Position numbers and translations under genes: made by a program. Under the pieces are notes generated by a model, which worked only from the letters and a program-made list of their open reading frames with translations, ran no database searches and had not been told where the DNA came from. DNA of 54,545 nt, counting the filler, from Sphacelaria rigidula (taxonomy: Eukaryota): NCBI GenBank assembly GCA_964200075.2. It is 5 parts of 5 records of this genome, joined end to end, with 100 filler letters (N's around TTAATTAATTAA, not from the genome) between each part and the next. Parts side by side here need not be neighbours in the genome. Positions count along the whole stretch, not along the records: positions 32,790 to 43,617 come from CAXNAA020005843.1; positions 43,718 to 54,545 come from CAXNAA020005844.1; 3 more parts are not named here. The stretch is one strand, 5' to 3'. How positions within the stretch are numbered: the first letter of the stretch is position 1; each line of letters opens with the position of its first letter. Of the stretch, positions 36,393 to 48,477 are shown piece by piece.

Positions 36393-38652
36393 GCCTAGAA
36401 AAGGTATACCTTCTCGTTTCTTGCCTACGAAAGGTACGAAAACTGACCACACATGCGAAAGCAGCAAAACATACGATCTAGACCGTTTTCGTTCCAAAGT
36501 TTTCACGCAAATCGATCGCAGGGCTCCTTGGCACCCGGGCCTCGAGAAAAAACAGAAGAAACAGAAACATGTTTCTCACGGCATACGACCGTGCACAGAA
36601 GGACGTCTCGCCTCAAGAAACCGCTTTCCCTTTCTGAGCCGGATATCGACCAGGTATACCTGGTCCAGGATTTTTTTTTCAATGGTACCTTATCTGGGCC
36701 ACCAATCGGCCGAAAAAGTACCTTTCTTGGGCCGTGGCTTGCTACGCTGTACCTGACACGGTACACTGCGCTCGAGGGAGTCCATGCGCCAACTCCAATC
36801 ATGGCGCGCCCACACACTCGGTTCTTTCCCCGCTCACTGGTCGTTCACAGACGCCACAACGACCACGCCCCTTTCTCCCCGGAGATGGTTCCCGAGTCTC
36901 TCCGCATTGACACAAGAACTGGACTCACCACTCACAACGCATCGATCGGTCTTCTGTGCTTACGGGGGCTTATCTAAAATTGTGCATGTGCGGTATCGGG
37001 GCTGGTGTCAGGATCAAGCTACGCTCTCCCGTAAGCAACGGGCGGTCATCACATCATCGATGCTTGATCCAAGGAACGGATAAAACCTTTACGTATACGT
37101 AGATGGGGACAGTACAACAATAGCGTTCAGCCCTTCAGAATAACATGCGCCCAACAGGAGTACCCAGGGAACACATCCATCACATATATCTGGCCCGTGT
37201 GTAGCAACCACCAACGATGCGCGGGAAGTTAGGATCATGTCCTCAGCTCCATATCATGTACATGTTGTTGTTGGCGTCGGTGCAGGCGAGATATGCGAGT
37301 GACTAAAAGCTGCAAGGAAAGAAATGCATGACCACTACATTGTAGCAGTGGTGAAGAGAGGAAGGAACAATATGGGTGCGTCGTGAGATTCGGGTCATTT
37401 TCGCTGTTTGATATACTACCAGGGACGATTCACGAGGGCTCGGTGGGGTGTGCGCGCGTTCAGCGACTACCGAGGGCGGGGGCTCTAGCTATCCATCTAT
37501 ATATGTTGGGCGCATGCTATTTTGTAGGGCTGGACGCTGTCCGTGTTTATATATGCGTGAAGGTTCTTATCCGTTCCGTGGACCAACCATCAATGATGTG
37601 ATGATCGTCCGTTGGTTACGGAAGAGCGTCGCTTGACTCTGATACCTGCCCCGATATCATAACTACACGATGTTTCATAAGCCCCCGCAAGCACAGAAGA
37701 CCGATGCGTCGTGAGTTGTGAGTCCAGTTAACAGCCGATTATCGAAATTGAGGATGAAGCTTTTCATTGAAGATGAGAACCCGGAGGATTATAATCTTCG
37801 TATCCACCCCAAATCTTCGAAATATGGTCCCATTCCTTCACCTACTGATAGCTATTGACAAGTGCTATACGCCCTACAAATTTGATTTCAGATTACCGAA
37901 ACGCTGGGATCCTGAGCGAAATCCCCCCAAATTGGTTTTTCGCCTAGGATCCCAACGTTCCGGTAATCTAAATCCAAATTTGTAGGGCGTATAGCACTTG
38001 TCAATAGCTATCAGTAGGTGAAGGAATGGGACCATATTTTGAAGATTTGGGGTGGATACGAAGATGATCATCCTCCGGGTTCTCATCCTTAATGAAAAGC
38101 TTCATCCTCAATTTCGATCATCGGCTGTAAGCTCTTATGTCAATACGGAGAGTCGCGGAAACCATTCCCGGGGAGAAAGGGGCGTGATCGTTGTGGCGTC
38201 TGTGAACGACTAGTGAGCGGGAAAAGAACCGAGTGTGTGGGCGCGCCATGATTGGAGTTGGCGCATGGACTCCCTCGCGCGCAGTGTACCGTATCAGGTA
38301 CAGCGTAGCAAGTCATGGTCCAGGAAAGGTACTTTTTCGGCCGATTGGTGGCCCAGATGAGGTACGATTTAAAAATAATCAGGTATACCTGGTCGATATT
38401 TGGCCCAGAAAGGGAAAGCGGTTTCTTGAGGCGGACGTCCTTTTGTGCACGGTCGTATGTCGTAATAAACATGTTTCTGTTTCTTTTGTTTTTTCTCAAG
38501 GCCCGGGTGCCAAGGAGCCCAGGGCCTGCGATTGATTTGCGTGAAAATTTTGACGAAAACAATCTAGATCGTGTGCTTTGCTGCTTTCGCATTTCTGGTC
38601 AGTTTTGGTACCTTTCGTAGGCTAGAAACGAGAAGGTATACCTTTTCTAGGC
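36393..38652. mobile_element. Large foldback element: ~760-bp inverted arms (36393-37156 and ~37504-38652), right arm interrupted by a MITE
   Basis: gcctagaaaaggtataccttctcgtttc / gaaacgagaaggtataccttttctaggc, with continuous arm pairing down to catgcgcccaaca / tgttgggcgcatg. Confidence 0.88.
37730..38129. mobile_element. Palindromic MITE of the same family as 34330-34772, nested in the foldback arm
   Basis: ~190-bp arms; starts AACAG; flanked by AGTT/AGCT. Confidence 0.88.
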
Positions 38653-39149
38653 AATTGCACATATTATGAAGTGGTTGTTTTGCAAAACTGTTTCACGCAA
38701 AATGTGACTTTTCGGTAGGCAACTTCATCCCCATTTGAGTGTTCAACCTCCTTTTTCAGGATCCTTTGTTTAGTATCCTCTAGTAGCCGGTCGCTCCGGT
38801 GGCTCAGTGGGTAACCTCGAAACTTTCTCACGGTTGGGTCGTTGTGATGAAGCTCAGTGGAATTGCAAGATACCACGATGTGCGGGTCTGCTCGTAGATA
38901 TCGTGGGTTCGCATCTCGGTGGAGTCGCACGATCCGGATTTTTTTTCACACACTATGGCAAACAGTCGAGAGCGAATATGCCTTGGGTACACAAAGTTCG
39001 ACTTTACGGTCGACGAGGGAAAGTGACCGCTGGACCCCTCGCGCGATAAAAAAATATGAGGCAAGCACCGCGGAAGGAAGTTGGGGTGCCAGAACAAGAA
39101 AAAGAACTCCTCTTGTGCTGGCCTTCTTCCTATGCGACCCTCGGCTGAT

Positions 39150-39150
<1 letters not shown>

Positions 39151-39202
<52 letters not shown>
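39151..39202. repeat. (CA)n microsatellite
   Basis: Direct reading. Confidence 0.97.
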
Positions 39203-39203
<1 letters not shown>

Positions 39204-39256
39204 TCTCTCGAGGTATCGACATACTCGAGGGCTGTCCGCGGGTCTAAGGGACTCAC

Positions 39257-39542
39257 TGTTCATGTTGCTGCCAAATCCCTGTATTCTCCATACGTAGCTC
39301 CCTCTTCCTGGATAGCAGCCTTGTGAGTTGTCAACGGTGGAAGAAGCGTTGAAGTACTGCTCCGCCCACTCATTGCTGAAAAGTTTCGGTACGTATGGAT
39401 CATCACCGACACGAAGATCCCCCCCCTCCTGATCAACAGCTTCACGTAATTTACGTGATCCCGTTCCTTCATTGAAATATCGAAACGGAAGGGAGTCGGC
39501 CGCCATTAAGCCAAGGAACATAATCAATGATTGGCCCTTCAT
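39257..39542 (-). CDS. GT23-like fucosyltransferase, exon 1 (MKGQSLIMFLGLMAADSLPF...GCYPGRGSYVWRIQGFGSNMN)
   Basis: Hydrophobic N-terminal anchor; GFGS motif; phase-1 donor a|gtgagt joins exon 2 in frame; start codon tentative. Confidence 0.82.
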
Positions 39543-40169
39543 GATAATCTTAGCTCTCTCCCGGTGAAGCTGTTCCGTTATCGCTGTTTCTGTGTATTCT
39601 CTCACGAACCCGCCGTTGTAGTAGCTTCATCTACCGGCCTGCGAGTAGCTGCCACGCCAACAGGTTCACGGTGTGTAATGGAGCGTCGAACCGAAAGAAT
39701 GAGTTAAGAAGAGGGGGAAATGAAGCAATCGGCCTGGTGTTGGCGATAAGAGAAGTTCATCTGCAGCCACAACTTTAGGGGGAGCAGGTATGTTGACATC
39801 GGAGAAAATGTAGTGGCGCGGGATGTAAGGCGTAACTGATATTAACAACGGGTATGAGGACTGAAGATATGGTCTGATGTGATGATACTTCACAGGACAG
39901 GCACTGCTGACTGCGTTGCTTCTCCCCACTAAGCGTATTGTGCCGACTTTCGGACACGAGTGAAAGGGTGGTCGACAGAATACAACATAGATTCCCCCTA
40001 CCTAGTGCATAGATGGCGTATTTATCCTCGCGTGCATCTCACAGCGAAATTGTACGCCGCATGTGCAGCACCAGGCCCAGAGAGCCACGGTCTTGCATTA
40101 TCGCCCAACAACTTCCATCTGAGGTATATGGACGTTCATCTAGGATATGCCCTTCTAGATACCCACGTA

Positions 40170-40290
40170 CCCACGTCCGAGATGGATATCCCAAATGGAT
40201 ATCCCAAATGGATATCCACATCCCGAATACATGTCCCAGACGGATCTTACCTCCCCCATGGACGTCCCAGATGGACATCCCAGATGGAGG
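40170..40290. repeat. Degenerate 13-bp tandem repeat (ggatatcccaaat-like)
   Basis: ggatatcccaaatggatatcccaaat...ggacgtcccagatggacatcccagat. Confidence 0.75.
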
Positions 40291-40336
40291 TTGTACGATA
40301 GTGCAAGGGTTGTGGGGGTCGTGGCAACCAAGGGGA

Positions 40337-40338
<2 letters not shown>

Positions 40339-40406
<68 letters not shown>
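40339..40406. repeat. (AC)n microsatellite
   Basis: Direct reading. Confidence 0.97.
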
Positions 40407-40408
<2 letters not shown>

Positions 40409-41462
40409 GAAAATCACAATGGCATGATCCCTTAATTGTCTCTTTTCTCACGGTTCCGCAAACGACCTCCATCTTATAGCTACGTCGACACGTGGAGTTT
40501 TCAAGACATAGACGACCACGTCGATAGAAAACCGTATCACACGGGAAGTTCGTATTAAATACCTCACGTTTGCGTCTCTGATTTGGGTGGTTTTTCGCAT
40601 GTAGCTCTCCGGCTTTCTGGAAATAGTTAGGCACGCGATGTGGTTTTGTATAGCAGGCTGGTGCACATAGTGTAAGCTCACTTTCCGCTATAAGCTGTAC
40701 GCGGAGAGTGGGGTGAAGGCAGCATATATTCTTCCTCTTCTGGTCGCAGTAAGCATCAATTTGGTCAGGAGTTCTCGCAGGTAAGATAAGCAGAAAAGCT
40801 GAAACGTGCCACGTGCGACATCAAACTCTGTCCACCTGCACTGAAACAACTCTTCTCCACTAATCATTTCACACTTTACCACCAGACTTGGCCAGACCTG
40901 GCGAGAATTGGCCAGACCAACACTTGATTGCACGCTCTATCACCGCGTTATCCTCACAGCATTGGTTTAGTTCGAACGCCGGCTATTCCTGGTGGCGACT
41001 TTTGGTCGTCCGGTCTCGCGGTCTGACATGATATCAACCGTACCCTGCTAGCGGCGTTTCATTGCCGTTCACGGAAAATCAGAAATAAATCTTCCAGTGA
41101 TGCGGTATCAGATACTACAAGTCCGAACTCAACCCTACCCCTACCGAGCCCACAATCCGCGAAAAAGAAGTGGACATGGTGATCTGGCTTGTTGTTATTC
41201 AGAGTCGTTGTTGTTGGTTTTGAGTAAGGACAATCGAGTCTGATTTGCACATGGAAACCTGAGTCGTGTACTAACGTAGAGCAGTGCGCAGCAGCAGTTG
41301 CGCCTGATGCCCCACGATATAGGGCAAAAAAACAGATGGATGGAAACAAGTCCTGCCCAATAAAAACATGCATACTACGGTATGACTGCAGCTGCGCAAC
41401 CGAAAAGTATATGATGACTTAACCTGCGGAATGAAATAAGAAGACAAAACCATTGCTCATAC

Positions 41463-41774
41463 CTTATACCTCTGACTATATGATGGCAACGCTTGGAGCG
41501 TTTTGAGCGTATTCGCGGGTGAGGTCGTGGTCAGACCATCCCCGGTATATACCGTTCGCAGTTGTTTCCGACCTCTTGCCGTTGTTGTTCCTTCGAAACT
41601 CAAGTTGGGTTGATCAGTGGCACCGAAAATGTTTTCGTCGCGGAATTTCCACGCCGGCATCGCACCCATAGAAAACTCCAAGCGATTCGTGCGAGCTGAA
41701 CCTAGCGGCATGATGCTGCGTGCCGTGCGCAGTGCATACCACGTACATGGCTGGCGGCGGACCATCAAGCTCAT
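41463..41774 (-). CDS. Possible exon of a hypothetical gene
   Basis: Open frame from ATG to a good donor (aag|gtatga); no recognisable domain. Confidence 0.25.
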
Positions 41775-43617
41775 GAATTCAAAACATCAGTCGTCGCAAA
41801 TCGCTGAGATTCCGATCTGGAGGGAAACTGTAAAGCGTCAGTCGGGTTCTCGAGCGAAAGTATATATACGTACACAGGAGTCAGTGCTGTGCGAGGGCGT
41901 ATTGGGTTGAGTACACACCCCCGTCTCACCTCACCCTCTGACGTTTCTTTTTCGCGCAGAGGAACACAAATAAAAAAACAATTCAGCAGTACGCTGGGAT
42001 GGCGTCACGTTTGTCTGCCCCTCTCTTTTTTCGGAAGACGAAGACCACCGCCTGTTTTGGCAAGGGCCTCAATCAAGCGGCAGGCGAGATACCGGGAGTT
42101 CTCTGGTAGGCAGATATCACTTTAATTAGACGGGAGCAAAATCATCACCATGCATGCAGTGAATGTACTGCAAATAATACGTATACTGCACATGTAGGGC
42201 GATGCGGGACGAATCATAACTCGTACAGGTTGCCTAATGAAGAGTGTCCACTGGGATTAAGTATGTGACCAAGAACCATCACGTAAATCATTGTGATGGT
42301 AATTTTCGTCGAAAATAATTGGAGATTTTGTTATTTTTTTATGTTGTAGTCGGCGATTATCAATGGTTTTTCAGCGTGCCACCGCTCACCCCAGCGAGCG
42401 GTTGATCCCAACGTTTGGGAGCCGGGAGATACTAGACATCCGCTCCACATTCCGAAACGAAAATCGTCTCTGCGCCCAGTACTGAAGGACTCCCGAGCTG
42501 AATTGATAGGGGGTGTTACTGACCGCTTTTTATCCAAAACACATTTATTCTCGGCTCCAGCACAATAATAGGCAAAGATTGAAAATAAGGATCCGTATAA
42601 CCATTCATGAGAGTGATTGGAATTTGTTCACCCATGCCTGTGCTATGCAGAGCTCGGTCGGGCACTTTTTCTTTTTGGGTACTTTCTGAAGTTTCTCGTG
42701 TAGTATTCATCCTTGGCGCTTAAAAGTCCTAGCGTCGATAGATATTAGGGAAAGAAGCTGGTCGTGCTCATAACATAATCCTCAGTTCGTGTTGTCGGGG
42801 TGATATGGAGTAAGTACCTTATTCATCAGGCAGGGGTGTTATCGAACGTCACTGGTTAAACAAATATACAGATTTTCGGTACTAGCGCAATGAATAAGTA
42901 GAAATTCAAAGGGAAAAAAATCCCTTGTTCACGAAAACGGTTGGGATTACTTCAATCAAGCAAGACTACCCAAGGGCCAGAACCTGGGGCTGGGCAGTTT
43001 CAGGATCCCCGAAAACCGGTCAGCCGGTGAGTCGTTCAAAAATGAGCGTAGATGTAATCTTATTTCGGAATGTGGAGGGAATACCTAGTATCTCCCGATC
43101 CCCGAGCTTTGGGCTTAAACGTTCTCTGGGATGAGCGGTGGCACGCGAAAACACTTGAGAATATCCCCGACTACGAAAAAGCTCCGAAATCTCCTATTAT
43201 TTTTAGATGTAGGCTACTCTACGAAAATTATACGCTTCTTGAGTAACACACGAATGACGAGGGATATTATGTATGCTCCAAGAAGTGCCGCATAAATGAT
43301 CAGGGCACACAAGAGATTCGCCGTATCTCGTGGCGTATAAACCATCGGTGGGAACATCTTAGTATGGTTCTTTCCGCACAAAGGGCAAGGGGAGGGCGTA
43401 CTCATTTGCTGCTTGCCTTAGTCGTCTGACCATTGGCCACGCATCCCTTTCGAGACGGAGCACCGTTCCTGCTCCTAATAGAGATACCTCCAACACTCCG
43501 GCGCTCATTACGTTCCTTCCATACATCACACAAAAACCTTCAACGTATTTTATCCCCGTCCTGTTTCGCCGTCTCTGGCTACCATCCATCTCCTAGTACA
43601 GCCATCGTTTTCTCCCT

Positions 43618-43717
43618 NNNNNNNNNNNNNNNNNNNNNNNNNNNNNNNNNNNNNNNNNNNNTTAATTAATTAANNNNNNNNNNNNNNNNNNNNNNNNNNN
43701 NNNNNNNNNNNNNNNNN
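43618..43717. other. Artificial contig-join linker
   Basis: N run with TTAATTAATTAA. Confidence 0.95.
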
Positions 43718-44112
43718 ACCAGCGGCGGTGCCGTGCATTACCAGGGTGGTCTGCAGTTTACAGCGATATGCTCGAGTCGAGCTGATTTGGCAAACTTGAC
43801 GAGCTATGGTTGGAGATGCAAATGCGGGATATACTGCTGGTCCAGCTCGTATTATTACTGTTGTTGTTATTTCTGCACGTTAGCCCGATCCCTCAAACTC
43901 GTGGTCACGGACGTCGGCTGGCCTTCCCAGTGCCTTCACTACTCTTCCTTGCAAGAAATAGAAGCGCTTATTGAGCGGCATCTTCTGAGACTCCAAAACG
44001 AAAAAAATAAAAATAAAAAGAGGGAGACGTCAAGATAACACGAGAGAAAAAACAAATCCTCCCGAATTAACATTTATGTATGTCATGTTTGAGCGGATGA
44101 TATCTTGCTTGC

Positions 44113-44205
44113 CTTGAGAGAGCCTCGGGAGTGCCAGAAGTCGCCGAGGAAAGCGACACCGCATGCGGGCCGTTTCATCGCCTCCTCGTTTACACGGTCT
44201 AATAC
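44113..44205 (-). CDS. SbcD/Mre11-like metallophosphoesterase, exon 2 (VLDRVNEEAMKRPACGVAFLGDFWHSRGSLK)
   Basis: Motif II (FLGDFWH); tgcag| acceptor; GC donor aag|gcaagc; 93 nt, phase 0-0. Confidence 0.85.
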
Positions 44206-44733
44206 CTGCATAAAGAAATGAGGACAACATGCGACCCTGAGAACTGCAGTAGAAATCGCTGACCATGAAGGCGGATATACAACATTTCGCCATACAAGAA
44301 GAGCTACAGTACAGCACACGGCGTATCGACCTAATGTATTTTCACTGCCAACACAAGTGAAACAACAAAATGTGGCGGATCAAGCAGCTACTAGGCGATC
44401 CTTCAACAATAAAACGAACTCTCGTTGGGAGGCTGAAGATGGTACGAAAGATATTACATATCCTGCGCCGAGATCGTGATCTCAAAACCTCTCGTCATGA
44501 AAACTACGTGTATGCAGGTTCCGCTCTGGCCAAATATTTTCAATTATATAGCTCTACTGGGTCGCTCCACTATAGTAATCAGCCCTCCAAGAGAGGGCGA
44601 GCCCTTCAGACATGATGACACCCCACGTACTCATGCAGTTCCGACGACGGGACAACAGGTATCTTGCTACGAGGTGGGTCGTAAGCCCTGCCGTCCACAA
44701 AACCCCTACACCACAGTACGCTCGCCTACTCAC

Positions 44734-45921
44734 CTCCAACCCGACATCTAGCGAGCCAGGACCTACATGCAAGTCCGAAAAAACCAACCATTCCTCCATA
44801 TCAGCGTGCGCAAGTCCATCCCTGCTCATGTCATTTATCGCCATGGACCCCATATCCTTCGCCACAGCCGCCGTCTCATTCGCCGTCGCCGTAGCCGACA
44901 GGGTGTCCAACGAAATTGTGTTTCCGCGTAGGACTGACGGTAACGTTCCCTCCACTGTTGTCTCCACCCCCGCCTCCGTTGCCGCTAACGCCGGCGAAGA
45001 AATCACACCTGTTTCCTTCCCTACGGCGGCGGCAGAGGGCGATGGTGCGGCATAGGCATTACCCAAGGGCTCCATGTTGACCCTCCGTGTCGTAATAGGG
45101 CCCGACGAGGACGAGGATGCCCTGACGGTACCGTTGGCGCCTGCCGAGGAAATAGCACCAGTCTCTGCCCCACCTAGTCCCGCTACGGCGGTGCTCCAGC
45201 TGTTCGTCACGTCAACGATCCACCAACCCCCAGCTTTCTTGCCAACAACGGTGCCCAGTCGCCCAGAGTCTCGAAGCCTCACTCGCGTACCCGCCGTAAG
45301 ATCGGCGGCTTGTTGGGTGCCGCTCGGAATTTTGTTGGGTGTTCCCTTCGTCCCAGAAATATCAGTCCTACTTCTGCCCGATGGAGAGCCGTCGTGGGCG
45401 GGTTGTCGTTGCTCCTGTCCAGCAGCTGCTGGCCGACCTCTGCTCGATTCAGCGCTGCTTCGTTTTCCATTGGATGTGTGGAGATCCGCTTTTGCTTTCA
45501 TCATCGTCGTGATGCAGCCATTCTGGTATTTGCAACCGCGGGCTACCTCGACAACAGGCCTTGTCCATGGTGATGGGGAGAAGGCACTCGTAGCAGGATA
45601 CGAGGACAGCTTTCGAGAGTTGCCTCGGGGATGGCAAGCGCGTCGTTGTTGCAAAGCACGCGTTATAGCAAAAAATTCAAACGCAAGCGACCTGTGTTGC
45701 TGTCGTTGCCGTTGTCGTTGCCGTGCGCTCTCCCAAGGGCGAACGCCAAACCGGAGTTGCTGTTGTTGGTGTTTCGGATTCGCCTGATGCCGTGGAACTC
45801 GATGGCTTCTCGGATCATTGCTGTTGCGTCGACGTGAACGCAGGTCCAACACGGACTGGTGGGCGAGCAACTTTCGTTGGCTGACTCGCCTGCTACCGGA
45901 GAGACCGGCGTAGCCCAGCAT
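44734..45921 (-). CDS. SbcD/Mre11-like metallophosphoesterase, exon 1 (long disordered N-terminus, KOW/SH3-like segment, WLVFSDLHV)
   Basis: Long GC-rich ORF; motif I DxH; donor gag|gtgagt; start tentatively placed at MLGYAG. Confidence 0.85.
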
Positions 45922-46044
45922 AGTAGATGTGCAACGCCAATGCGACGGAGTTGCAACCAGGGCAACGGTGAGGTAGGCAACCCACCTCCCTGCATGTATG
46001 TGGAAATCAAAGCGGGGAGATTTGCGAAGTAGTGAGCGGGGTAT

Positions 46045-46560
46045 ATTGATTGATTGGTTGATTGACGAATTGATTGGTTGTCGCACATTGGATGAACCCC
46101 AAGGGATCCAGTCATGGTCACAAGATAGACGTACCCACGGCCAACAACATGAAAACGCTCGCGGAAGAAAAAAAAGTGTGAAGGGGGAAGGAGAGCAAAC
46201 AAACGGAGTCAGCTGAAAAAAGGTAAAAAAATAAAATAATGATACGAACAAAAACAACGAAGACAAAACCAAGCAGAAGGAGGAAAGGAAAGGAACGGGG
46301 TGGAACCGGGATAAAAATGATGATATCGAAAGAAAACTAGAAAAGTTCGGCCTCTGCAACGTAGCTTCAGGTAAAAAGACCGTGCGTCAAAAAAGAAAGA
46401 AAAAGCACACGCGCCCGTACACAAAACAAAACGAAAATGCCGTGGGAGTAGATCACGACTTAGCTACTTCGGACCAAATTCTTTGGGCATGCGCTCTCAC
46501 CCACGAGCCCAACGGAAGCAAGGCATCAAACTGCCACTTTATCATATTGAGAAGAAACAG
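46045..46560 (-). mobile_element. Probable 3' end of a non-LTR retroelement/SINE with pyrimidine-rich body and (AATC)n tail
   Basis: Minus strand ends ...gtgcgacaaccaatcaattcgtcaatcaaccaatcaatcaat after a long T/C-rich stretch. Confidence 0.45.
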
Positions 46561-48189
46561 CGGGAAGGGAAGGAGAGAGAGGGGGAAGGGGCGGGCGGAA
46601 AAGGGGGAGAGCAGAGAAGCAGAGAACGAGACCATGGAAGCGATTACACCCGAAAATATTCAGGATAAGAACTCGGTGACAACTGGGTGTGAAGCTGACG
46701 TACTGCTACATGTAGCACCCGCTTCGTTAGAAACTGATGCGTCCTATAATAATGCAACACTGCGCTCCGTTCAATCAGCAATAAAAGGTCGATTTGAATA
46801 TTTCACAATATAAGGGTAATTTGCATTTTCGGGCTTAAGAAATGTTGCTCCTGCATTTTCCGCCCGTATCATGGTCTGAATGGTGCGACGTTCAAGGAAG
46901 TCCCCTGAAACAGGGAATGACAGTTTCCATCTCCTCCCCTCGAGGAAACACCCTCATATGGATACTGCGAAGATTTGGTCAGTAGGGTAACTAGGGTGTC
47001 GTGTTTTCCTCCTGTACGGACCATACAAAAGCGTTATTCCTCCCTTTTTTTTTGCGTGATCTTGGCTACCTGTAGAACCACACTTTCAAAGCTTTCGATG
47101 TCATCTTCCATTTCGACCGGAGGCGAAGATACAGGGTGACCAAAGGTGCGAAGAAACAGCAGAACACACAACAAAATGAAGAGGGAAATTTCTTGTTTTG
47201 GGAGAAACAAGGTGTTTTTCGTGAATTTCGAACTCACGACTTGAAAAAATAGAAGCGCTCATCACACATCATGCAACTTGTCGAAATCGACCTTACATCG
47301 CTCATCAGAAGTAGTGCTTCGTACCATTTCGTGTGCTCTGTATATAGGATATATGCTGTACGTACAGTACTGGGGTGCCCAGTACCGTCTCGTCGAAAGA
47401 AACGAATGCAATATGCTGGGCTCCTTCGAGGATGGTTGAAAACGGTTGAATCATGTACAACCATCTCGTGCCACAGCTGTCGGCACAGTGTTTGAGTCTA
47501 TGCCTACTTGTTTGAGTCTCTGTCTCCCTGTTTGAGTCTCTGTCTGCCAAAGCCAACTTCAGCGAAAACACCTGGAGGCCCGCTTCCTATGATTGTCAAG
47601 ATTCGGCGAAGCACAACAAGGTCAAACAAACGACGTGAAACTCGGTCGTCCCGAAGCGCGGTAGCAACGTACTGTTTGAATCGGGCGTGTCGTGTCCAAT
47701 TTTTCAACATCTCGGCGCAGCGAGGCGCGCCGACAGATGGAGTAATATGAAATAACGAGCGAAACCGAAGACTCTGCCGACATAAGTGGATACAAGCCAT
47801 CATACCTAGTGGGGAGGGTTGCATGCTCCACAAAGCAGTGCCGAACGAGGAGAGAGTGCCGCCGGCACGACTTTGGTTCAGAACCGATACGTGCATTAGA
47901 ACTGGTTCAGAACAGACTCCGCAACCCAACGGGACCCAGCTCAACACTCCTCACGCGCTGTTATCAAAAGGTCCCACGTCAACGGTGGACTTGCTTCGGT
48001 TCGGGAGCTATACGTGCTGCGGCTTCGTGGGCAGCTGATATTCCATTTTCGTCTGCAACGTGTATGTGCGCTACCGCATAAATTTTGTCTGTATCATACA
48101 GCAGTAGCACCGCTCAGCGAGAGAGTCGCGGGTATCATAATTACAGCTCGCGAGCCTACCGCACAGCGGAGCACGTGGTGAGGTAAAAC

Positions 48190-48477
48190 ATGATCGCAGG
48201 TACCTTGTCTACTGCTATCGCTGCGTCCTGTATGCTGGTAACGGGGTTCGGCTTTCACACAAAAGAGGCAGCTGCCTTCTGCCTGAACCCACGGCTGCTG
48301 CTACCGACAACCTATCCCGCGACCTGCACCCAAGATCATGCGCCAAAGATCACCAGTGGCCTTGCGAACAAACCAGCTGCTGCTGCCGACGCGACATCCG
48401 AGCGGGTACAGGGTATGCGGACGAGGCTGTCCATGGGCTTCTCGTTTACGTTCCCTACGTTCGGGAAGCCGAAACAG
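48190..48477 (+). CDS. Plastid-targeted protein, exon 1 (bipartite presequence)
   Basis: Signal peptide plus ASAF-type cleavage motif (EAAAFC), followed by a transit-like region ending RLSMGF; donor cag|gtgaat in phase 0. Confidence 0.8.

Noticed and set aside
37729-38130. TAA TSD suggesting a Tourist/PIF-Harbinger MITE
   Set aside because: The empty site in the opposite foldback arm has no TAA, and the sister copy supports a 4-bp TSD
38828-40634. ORFs with CVCVCV/HTHTHT runs
   Set aside because: Translations of (CA)n microsatellites; only 39257-39542 is supported as coding
45922-46359. Hydrophobic N-terminal part of the 601-aa ORF
   Set aside because: Derives from the T/C-rich repeat and (AATC)n tail upstream; the true start is more likely at 45921
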